From Alphaproteobacteria bacterium (GTDB lineage Bacteria > Pseudomonadota > Alphaproteobacteria > MPNO01 > UBA830), in contig OZ219791.1 in NCBI GenBank assembly GCA_964291215.2, forward strand, positions 1,248,001 to 1,312,000: a stretch of DNA of 64,000 nucleotides, in the 5' to 3' direction. Made by a program: the position numbers and the translations under genes. The notes under the pieces were generated by a model. That model worked only from the letters and a program-made list of their open reading frames with translations, made no database searches and was not told the origin of the DNA. Numbering within the stretch: position 1 is the first letter of the stretch; each line of letters opens with the position of its first letter. Below are positions 56,551 through 64,000 of the stretch, piece by piece.

Positions 56551-57216
56551 CTAGCCGCGCCGTTCCGCAGCGACGCCGTCAATGACGAAGTCGCGGAACG
56601 CCCTGGCGAAATCGTGGCCGTCGAGACCGCGGCCGCGCATGTACCATTCGACGTAGCACCCCTTGTTGAGCGCCATGATTACGCTCGTGATCTCGTCGGC
56701 GCCGATACCGTTGCGGAACACGCCGCCGGCCTGGCCCGACTGCACCGTTTCGCGCAGCGCGTTTTCCATCCGCGCCATCATTTCCTGGAGGCGGACCTCC
56801 GTGCTTTCGCCCGAGCCATTGAATTCCGCACTCATCAGAATCGCGAGAAGCATGTACTCCGTCTTTTCGGCTCCGATGACGGACTGGGTGCGGATGAAGG
56901 CACCCAGGCGTTCGCTCGGGTCCATGCCGGCGTCGCCCATGGCGGCGATCGTGGGCTCAACGATCAACGCCTCGGCGCGGTCGAGCAGAGCTTCGAGCAG
57001 CATCGACTTGCTGCGGAAGTAGAAATACACCGCGCCCTTGGTCAGGCCCGCGGACTGCGCTATTTCCTCGACGGTGGTCGCATGATAGCCCTGCGTGATG
57101 AACAGCGTCAGCGCCGCCGACAGCAGGGATTCGATGCTTGCGGCCCGCTGTTCGCGCTTGGTCAGCGGCCGCGTGCGTTCCAGAACTTGGTCGGCGATTT
57201 GTGTCGTGTCGTCCAT
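56551..57216 (-). CDS. TetR-family regulator
   Basis: LF..QGY.ATTVEEIA..AGLTKGAVYFYF.SK. Confidence 0.9.
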   Translation of the reverse strand: MDDTTQIADQVLERTRPLTKREQRAASIESLLSAALTLFITQGYHATTVEEIAQSAGLTKGAVYFYFRSKSMLLEALLDRAEALIVEPTIAAMGDAGMDPSERLGAFIRTQSVIGAEKTEYMLLAILMSAEFNGSGESTEVRLQEMMARMENALRETVQSGQAGGVFRNGIGADEITSVIMALNKGCYVEWYMRGRGLDGHDFARAFRDFVIDGVAAERRG

Positions 57217-57322
57217 GGCAGAGCGGATGGCCCAAGCATCGTGAAGCCCACGCGTTTCACATACTGATCAGACAGTATCTTCAATTCGTAGCCGTCGCAA
57301 GCCCGTCCCGGCGCGTCGGGCT

Positions 57323-58372
57323 TCAGCCCGCCTCCGCGCCCAGATCCTCGAGGGGCCAGCGCGGCCGCGGCGCGAAATCGAGCCCGTCGGCGCGGCCCGA
57401 CTGCAGGCGCTCGATCCCCGCCCAGGCAATCATCACGGCGTTGTCGGTGCAGAGCCCCTGCGGCGGCGCGACGAACTTGTAGCCGACCGACCCGCACAGC
57501 CCCAGCAACCGGCCGCGCAGGAAGCGGTTGGCGGCAACGCCGCCGGCCACGACCAGCGTCCGGTGGCCGCCGGTCGCGCCGTGCTGGCCGTCGAAGATCC
57601 GCATCGCCCTTGCGCAGCGGTCGACGAGCACATCCCCGACCGCGGCTTGGAACGAGGCGCAGACATCCGCTACGTCCCTTTCGGCCACCGTTTCGCCGCC
57701 GAGGCCCGCGACCGCGTGGCGGACTGCCGTCTTGAGCCCGGAGAACGAGAAGTCGCACCCGTCGCGCCCGCGCATGGGGCGGGGAAAGTCGAATCGTTCA
57801 GCGTCGCCGCCGACGGCGGCCGCCTCGACGGCCGGACCGCCGGGGAATCCAAGCCCGAGAATCCGCGCCGTCTTGTCGAAGGCCTCGCCGGCGGCGTCGT
57901 CGAGGGTCGATCCGAGCCGGGTGTAGCGTCGCGGGTCCTCGACGCCTAGGATTTGGCAGTGCCCGCCAGAGACCAGCAGCAGCAGATAGGGAAACGCGAC
58001 ATCGTCAGTGAGGCGTGCGGTCAGCGCGTGCCCCTCGAGATGGTTGATTGCGAGGAACGGACGGCCGAGCGTCGCGGCCATGGCCTTCGCCGTCATCACG
58101 CCGACGATCAGGCCGCCGATCAGGCCGGGACCGGCTGCGGCGGCGATGCCGTCGAGTTGCCCGGGCGCGATCCGCGCCCGGGACAGCGCAAGGCGCACGA
58201 TGCCGTCGATGGTTTCGAGATGCGCGCGCGCAGCGATCTCGGGCACCACGCCGCCATAGGGCCGGTGGTCCTCGATCTGTGAGTGGATCACGTTCGCGCG
58301 CACCGCGCCGTCGCCGTCGACGACTGCCGCTGCGGTCTCGTCGCAACTTGTCTCGATTCCCAGCACCGTCAT
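57323..58372 (-). CDS. tsaD: tRNA threonylcarbamoyltransferase TsaD
   Basis: [45 protein letters not shown]. Confidence 0.97.
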   Translation of the reverse strand: MTVLGIETSCDETAAAVVDGDGAVRANVIHSQIEDHRPYGGVVPEIAARAHLETIDGIVRLALSRARIAPGQLDGIAAAAGPGLIGGLIVGVMTAKAMAATLGRPFLAINHLEGHALTARLTDDVAFPYLLLLVSGGHCQILGVEDPRRYTRLGSTLDDAAGEAFDKTARILGLGFPGGPAVEAAAVGGDAERFDFPRPMRGRDGCDFSFSGLKTAVRHAVAGLGGETVAERDVADVCASFQAAVGDVLVDRCARAMRIFDGQHGATGGHRTLVVAGGVAANRFLRGRLLGLCGSVGYKFVAPPQGLCTDNAVMIAWAGIERLQSGRADGLDFAPRPRWPLEDLGAEAG

Positions 58373-58468
58373 TTTCGGCCCTTCTGCCGCAGCCCCGCAG
58401 GAGTCTCGCCAGCGCCTGCGGGGCGCAAGCCGCTTTCATGAAACGACATATGGTTCTAGACTCCGGAG

Positions 58469-59386
58469 ATGTCGACGTCACCCCTCAGAATCGGCACCCG
58501 GGGGAGCCCGCTGGCGATGGCGCAGGCCAGCGAGGTGCGCGACCGTCTGATTTTGGCCCATGGTGAAATCGACGCCACGATCGTGCCGATCACCACCACC
58601 GGCGACCGCCATCCGCTGCCGCCGGCACCCGCTGCCGGGGGCAAGGGAATGTTCACCGGCGAACTTGAACAGGCGCTTCTCGACGGCCGTATCGATATCG
58701 CGGTCCATTCGATGAAGGATCTCCCGGCGCCGTTGCGGCGCGGTCTCGATATCGACTGCTATCTGCCGCGCGAGGATCCGCGCGACATGCTGGTCTCCCC
58801 GGATGCGTGGGACCTCGCGGGGCTGCCGCCGGAAGCGACCGTCGGCACCGCTTCACCGCGCCGTCGTGCGCTGCTGCTGTATCACCGTCCCGATCTCCGC
58901 ATTGTGCCGTTTCGCGGCAATGTCGACACCCGCCTAGCCCGTCTCGAGAGCGGGGAAGTCGATGCGACCGTGCTCGCGGCCGCCGGCATCAAACGCCTCG
59001 GGCGCGGGGACGTCACGGGGATACCGCTGGATCCCTCGACGGTCCTGCCGGCGGCCTGCCAGGGTATTATCGGAGTCCAGCGGCGGGTCGGGAATCGCCG
59101 AGCCGCGGCGCTCCTTGAGCCGGTGAACGATCCCGCGGCAACGGCGAGCGCGACCGCCGAGCGGGCGCTGCTGGTCGGGCTCGACGGTTCGTGCCAGACC
59201 GCGATCGCTGCCCTCGCGTCGCCGCATGGCGACTGCCTGACCCTGCGCTCCGCCATCGCGCGGCCCGACGGTGGCGAGGTGCTGGAAACCGAGCGCCGGG
59301 GATCGTGGAGCGACGCTGCGGCGCTCGGCGCCAGCGCGGCGACGGAATTGCGTGAACGTTCGGGACCCGGGTTCTTCCATGGTTAA
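58469..59386 (+). CDS. hemC: Hydroxymethylbilane synthase
   Basis: GTRGSPLA, GKG.F, AVHSMKD, RGNVDTRL, GSC. Confidence 0.95.
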   Translation: MSTSPLRIGTRGSPLAMAQASEVRDRLILAHGEIDATIVPITTTGDRHPLPPAPAAGGKGMFTGELEQALLDGRIDIAVHSMKDLPAPLRRGLDIDCYLPREDPRDMLVSPDAWDLAGLPPEATVGTASPRRRALLLYHRPDLRIVPFRGNVDTRLARLESGEVDATVLAAAGIKRLGRGDVTGIPLDPSTVLPAACQGIIGVQRRVGNRRAAALLEPVNDPAATASATAERALLVGLDGSCQTAIAALASPHGDCLTLRSAIARPDGGEVLETERRGSWSDAAALGASAATELRERSGPGFFHG

Positions 59387-61658
59387 GCCGTTCGAATCGA
59401 GCAGCCGTCATGCCCTGATCACCCGCCCCCGCGAGGATGCGGCGGCAGTCGCCGCGGCAGTAATGCGCCGAGGCGTGATGCCCGTGATCTCGCCGGTCAT
59501 GACCGTCGAACAGTTCGATATCGAAATTGACCGCGACGTCGATCGCTGCCAGGCGATTCTTTTCACCAGCGGCAACGGCGTGCGCGCGTTTTGCCGCCTG
59601 TCCGACAGGCGCGACAAGCACGCATATGTGGTCGGATCCGCGACCGCCGCGCTGGCTCGCGACAGCGGTTTCGCTCTGGTCACCAGTGCCGACGGAAACA
59701 GCGCCGATCTTGCACGGATGGTCGCCGCCAGCTTGAGCGCCTATGACGGCCCGCTGTTCCACGCAGCGGGAACGACGGTCGCTGGCGATCTGTCGAGGCA
59801 GCTCGACGAGGCCGGATTCGAGACCGTGCGGCGCACGCTCTATGCGGCCCGCCCGGTCGACCGGCTGCCGCCCGAGGCCGAAACCGCGCTGCGCGAGGAC
59901 AGGTTCGACTATGTCCTGCTCTTCTCGCCGAGAACCGCGAAGGTGTTCGGAGGGCTCGTGGAGGCCGCAGGGCTGGCGCCGGCGCTGGGTCGCATCGCCG
60001 CGGTCTGCCTGTCGGGGGCGGTGGCCGATGAACTCGACGGTGAATCGTGGAAGGAGATCCGGGTTGTCGACCGGCCGACGCTTGAAGCCATGGTCGAGGC
60101 CATCGACGCTGCCGCGGCCGGAACCGCCGGGCCGGAGAATGCCGGAACCGGACAGCCGTCGACGACGCCTGCCGATGCAGCGCCGGAACCCGAGATCGAA
60201 ATCATCGTGCCGGAGGATGCTGCGGGCCGGCTCGGGGCCGGCAGAACGGACAGCAGTTCTGACGCCAGCGGGATGCCCGGCGCGGCGCCGTGGGGCTTCC
60301 GGGCGCGCAGCGCCGCGGGTGCCCCCGTTTCGGGAACCGGCGCCGGTTCGCCGGACACGCCGCCGGGGAGCGATGGCCGGCCGGGTCCGACCGGCCCCGC
60401 TTCCCCGACGCCAGCGGCGCTGCGGGGTGGGTACTTCTCGCGTCGGGCGGCGATCGCCGCCGGCGCCGTTGTCATCGTGGTGGCCGTGGCCTTCGGCTAT
60501 CTCGTGTGGTCGTTGTGGCAGACCCGGGCAACCGGTCAGGAGGTCCGGGCGCTTGTGACGCTTGGCGAATCGCAGCGCGCCGACCTGGCGAGGCTGGCCG
60601 AACAGCGGAACGCCGACCTGGTCCGCCTCGACGCGGAACGGCACGCCGGGCTTGCCGCACTCCGTGAGGAGAGCGCACTCCTTGCCCGGGAAGTCGCCGG
60701 GTTGAAGGACTGGCTGGCCGCGGCCGAGGCTCGACTTGCGGATGCTGACGGGCTCGTTGCGCGCCTGGACGCGCTTGAGAAGGAGGATCGAGCATCGGAT
60801 GGTAGCGCTGCCGCTGCCGCCGTCGGCGGGCTTGCAGAGCGCATCGACGGCGTCGAAAGCCGGCTGGCCGAAGCGGAGAAGGCTCGCGTGGCTGCCGAGG
60901 AACGGCTGCGGACCCGCGACCGGTCCGAGACCGGGTTGCGTTCGGAGCTCGACCGCGCGCACGCCCGCATCGACGAGCTCGGGTCGGTGCTGAAATCGGT
61001 GCAGGAGGCGTCCGGCGATCCGGCGCGAACGGCTGCGGAGCTGCATTCGGGGCTGGACCGCGCCAATGCCCGCATCGACGAGCTCGGGTCGTTGGTGAAG
61101 TCGGTCCGGGAGACGCCGCGCGATCCGGGACGCTACGGCGTCATTGCCCTGGCGGCGAGCCGGCTGCGCGAGGCGATGACAGGCCCGCGCCCGTTCGCCA
61201 CGGAACTTGCCGCCGTTGAGAACTTGGCGCGCGGGGACGCCGACATAGCCAAGGCGATCGCCGCGCTCGCTCCATACGCAGCCGATGGTGTTCCGTCACG
61301 GGTTCTTCTGTTCGACCGGTTTTCCGATGTCGTTCGCGCCGTCGCGGCGGCGGTTCCGGAAGCCGATGTGGCGGGAGACTGGTGGGACCAGGCTGTCACC
61401 GAACTGAGGAACCTCGTCAGGATCCGGCGCGTGGACGGCAGCGGCGGCGGTGTTCACTCGATTCTTGCCCGCGCCGAGACGCAGGCGCGTCGTGGCGATC
61501 TCGCCAGCATGGTCCTTGAACTCTCCGGGCTTGAGGGTCGTCCGGCCACCGCCGCGCGGCGCTGGCTCGACGAGGCGCGGGCGAGACTCGCCGTCGAGAG
61601 CGCGGCAGCGGCGCTCAACTATGTCGTTCTCGACCGTCTCGGGGCTGCCGGCGGCTGA
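59379..61658 (+). CDS. hemD: HemD fused to COG4223/mitofilin (alpha-Mic60-like) domain
   Basis: LITRP, FTSGNGV, VGSATA, LFSPRTA; Pro/Ala-rich linker, one TM helix, coiled coil, PFATEL, LVRIR, ARAE..GDL..W. Confidence 0.85.
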   Translation: MVKPFESSSRHALITRPREDAAAVAAAVMRRGVMPVISPVMTVEQFDIEIDRDVDRCQAILFTSGNGVRAFCRLSDRRDKHAYVVGSATAALARDSGFALVTSADGNSADLARMVAASLSAYDGPLFHAAGTTVAGDLSRQLDEAGFETVRRTLYAARPVDRLPPEAETALREDRFDYVLLFSPRTAKVFGGLVEAAGLAPALGRIAAVCLSGAVADELDGESWKEIRVVDRPTLEAMVEAIDAAAAGTAGPENAGTGQPSTTPADAAPEPEIEIIVPEDAAGRLGAGRTDSSSDASGMPGAAPWGFRARSAAGAPVSGTGAGSPDTPPGSDGRPGPTGPASPTPAALRGGYFSRRAAIAAGAVVIVVAVAFGYLVWSLWQTRATGQEVRALVTLGESQRADLARLAEQRNADLVRLDAERHAGLAALREESALLAREVAGLKDWLAAAEARLADADGLVARLDALEKEDRASDGSAAAAAVGGLAERIDGVESRLAEAEKARVAAEERLRTRDRSETGLRSELDRAHARIDELGSVLKSVQEASGDPARTAAELHSGLDRANARIDELGSLVKSVRETPRDPGRYGVIALAASRLREAMTGPRPFATELAAVENLARGDADIAKAIAALAPYAADGVPSRVLLFDRFSDVVRAVAAAVPEADVAGDWWDQAVTELRNLVRIRRVDGSGGGVHSILARAETQARRGDLASMVLELSGLEGRPATAARRWLDEARARLAVESAAAALNYVVLDRLGAAGG

Positions 61659-61666
61659 CGGGACCG

Positions 61667-63076
61667 GTGATCAGATTCGTCATTCTGCTTGTCGTCGCCC
61701 TGGCGCTCGTCGTCGCGGGGGCGGCCTGGCTCAGCGCGAGGCCGGGAGCCGTCGCGATCGAGTGGCAGGGCTGGCTGATCGAGATGTCCGCGGGGAGCCT
61801 CGCGCTGATCGGCGTCATGGTTGTGGTACTGGCGGTTCTCGTTGTCGGAATCGTGCGCCTCATCTGGCAGTTGCCGGGATCGGTCCAGAACAGCCTCCGC
61901 GCGTCGCGTCGCGACCGCGGCTACCGGACGCTGACCCGGGGCATGGTGGCCGCCGCCGCCGGCGAGCCCGACGAGGCTCTCAGGCTGGCGCGCCGCGCCA
62001 ATGCGCTGCTCGACGATCCGCCACTGACCATGCTGCTGTCAGCCCAGGCGGCACAACTCAACGGCGAGGAGGAGGCGGCGCGCAGTTATTTTCTCGAGAT
62101 GCTCGAACGGCCCGACATGGCCTTTCTCGGACTTCGCGGCTTGCTGATGCAGGCGCAGCGCGGCGGCGACCGGGCGGCGGCGCTGGAATATGCGCGCCGG
62201 GCCTATGAGCTGCAGTCCGGTTCGTCGTGGGTTCTCTCGACCCTGTTCGACCTCTACGTCGAAAGGCGCGAGTGGTCGGAAGCGCTGGCCATCCTTGACG
62301 ACGCCGCCAGGCACAGGGTCGAGATGCCGGATGTCGGGGGCCGGATGCGGGCGGCGGTACTGCTCGGTTGCAGCGGTGAGGCCGAGGAGGCCGGCCGGCA
62401 GTCGCGCGCGCTGCGCTATGCGCGGCGCGCGCAGGTCTTGGCGCCATCGTTCCTTCCAGCCGTGCTGCGCACCGTCGAACTCCTGGTGCGGTCGGGAAGC
62501 ACGGGGCGTGCGAGCCGGATGATTCTTGAGACTTGGGCCGAGACCCCGCATCCCGAACTCGCCCGCGTCTACGGCGAGGTTGGCACCGGCGGTAACCCGT
62601 TGAAGAGGGTGCTGCGACACGAGGAACTGCTCGCGGCCAATCCCGAGCATCAGGAAAGCCACGTGGCGCTTGCTGAGGCAGCGCTCGGCGCCGGGCTTTG
62701 GGGCGAGGCGCGCAATCACCTGGGCAGGGCGGCGGCGCAGGATCCGTCGGCGCGCGTCTGTCGTCTGATGGCAGAGCTGGAGGAACGCGAGCGCGGGGAC
62801 GAGGAGAAAGTACGATCTTGGCTCCTCAGGGCGTCGTCGGCAGCTCCGGATCCGGCCTGGGTGTGCAGCGATTGCGGGAACGCCTGGGAAAACTGGGCCG
62901 CATTGTGCGGCAGTTGCGGCGCTCTGGGCACGCTGGACTGGCGCCCGCCGGCCCGTGCGCTTGCGCTTGGTTTGGACGCGGTGCATACCGGTGCCGTCGC
63001 TGTCGCCGGGGCGAACATGTTTCCTGCGGTAACGGAGGGAGATGCCGGACAGCCGGCGCCGCCGGCCGCCGGATAG
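61667..63076 (+). CDS. hemY: HemY_N/TPR membrane protein
   Basis: PG.V.I.W.GW.IE, LLSAQAAQL, FLGLRGL, PHPELA, C-terminal CxxC..CxxC. Confidence 0.88.
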   Translation: MIRFVILLVVALALVVAGAAWLSARPGAVAIEWQGWLIEMSAGSLALIGVMVVVLAVLVVGIVRLIWQLPGSVQNSLRASRRDRGYRTLTRGMVAAAAGEPDEALRLARRANALLDDPPLTMLLSAQAAQLNGEEEAARSYFLEMLERPDMAFLGLRGLLMQAQRGGDRAAALEYARRAYELQSGSSWVLSTLFDLYVERREWSEALAILDDAARHRVEMPDVGGRMRAAVLLGCSGEAEEAGRQSRALRYARRAQVLAPSFLPAVLRTVELLVRSGSTGRASRMILETWAETPHPELARVYGEVGTGGNPLKRVLRHEELLAANPEHQESHVALAEAALGAGLWGEARNHLGRAAAQDPSARVCRLMAELEERERGDEEKVRSWLLRASSAAPDPAWVCSDCGNAWENWAALCGSCGALGTLDWRPPARALALGLDAVHTGAVAVAGANMFPAVTEGDAGQPAPPAAG

Positions 63077-63079
63077 TCG

Positions 63080-64000
63080 CGGCAGGGTGATCACCCGCGC
63101 TGCACACGACGCCGGCGACGCTGATCACCCGGCGCTGCGGCGCAGACCATGTCTTCCCGGTCAAGGGCGCCCGAAACCTTCGACGGCATCGACCGGGAGA
63201 CGGATGCCACCGGCCGCTTCAAGGAGGAGTTCGACAAGGCCTACGGACGCCTCGAGCAGCGCTCGATACGTGCCGCTCGAGGATCTGATCAACTACCCCG
63301 GCGTCAGCCCACGGTGATCCCACGCTGCTAATCCGGCGACGACTGGCGAGATTTTTATAGTTTGCGTCGCGGTGCAATCGTGCCGCCAAGGCTCGATGGG
63401 ACCTTCTCGGCACGAAAATTGCGATCAAGGAGGCGATCTGTGATGATCCGAGCCCCAACGCATTCGGATTTCGCGTCTCCGAATTAGCATGGGATCGTCA
63501 TGCGTCAGCCAGATCGCCCGTATCAAGCGCTACCGCGAGCCGCTGGGAAAGAGCGTCAGCGGCGCAGCGAGCGGCAACGACCACACCGGTACATCATCAC
63601 CCGCTCGATGCGCAACACGCGTCGCCAGAGGAACTTCTGCGGCCGCGGGCCGTGGAAAACATGAACCACCGAGACTGCGTCTTCGGCGAACACGTCTGCC
63701 TGACACGCCCTGCAAACCGCGCCAGCCTCAACAACATCGCGCTCACGGTGATCTTCGCCAACCGACGCGAGAACCTCGCCGAAACACGACGGCGGCTCGA
63801 CCGCCGGGAAGCCGTCGCAGCCCTGAGCGCCAATGGTGTCCGGCCGATTCCCGGACGCCGCCCACAACCCGCCCACATTCCGAAAACAACCCGCCGATAA
63901 CGCCGCCAGCGACGACCGCGGACGGCCCCGAAGCCAGAAAACCCGGCACGCCGTGAAACCTCCGGACAGCAGAAGACAGCAAAATTGAATGCAGCGTGGG
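63080..64000 (+). mobile_element. ISAs1-family transposase remnant and 3' end, truncated by window edge
   Basis: KAYGRLEQRSI, YPGVSQIARIKR, VENMNH.RDCVFGE, NRASLNNIAL; 3' end ..GAATGCAGCGTGGG matches the MITE A terminus. Confidence 0.72.
63310..63502. mobile_element. MITE family B (193 bp) inserted in the ISAs1 remnant
   Basis: Imperfect TIR CACGGTGATCCCACGCTGCTAATCCGGCGAC / GTCTCCGAATTAGCATGGGATCGTCATG; 8-bp TSD CGTCAGCC; removal restores YPGVSQIARIKR. Confidence 0.8.

Overview
GC-rich alphaproteobacterial chromosome segment, probably Rhodospirillales-like (inferred from gene order tsaD/hemC-hemD::mic60-hemY, thrC-M16 peptidase, dedA-dsbB-coq7). Intact genes include a polyphosphate cluster (ppk2, ppk1, ppx), tRNA-Leu(CAA), several oxidoreductases (flavin monooxygenases, P450, AhpD-like, molybdoenzyme), a probable oxalate-assimilation operon (glcB, oxalate-CoA ligase, PanE-like reductase), phaA, an alkyl sulfatase, a Spy/CpxP plus two-component system, and a divergent, rearranged PaaABCD-like diiron oxygenase cluster without PaaE. 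Between these blocks lie dense stretches of decayed mobile DNA: IS1634, IS256, ISAzo13, IS66, ISKra4, ISAs1, two DUF4338-IS4 fusion elements, a nested group II intron pair, and a ~195-bp MITE family with TIRs and target duplications. The decayed elements appear eroded by many very small deletions and short tandem duplications. All family assignments come from motif recognition by eye; no searches were run, and pseudogene boundaries are approximate.
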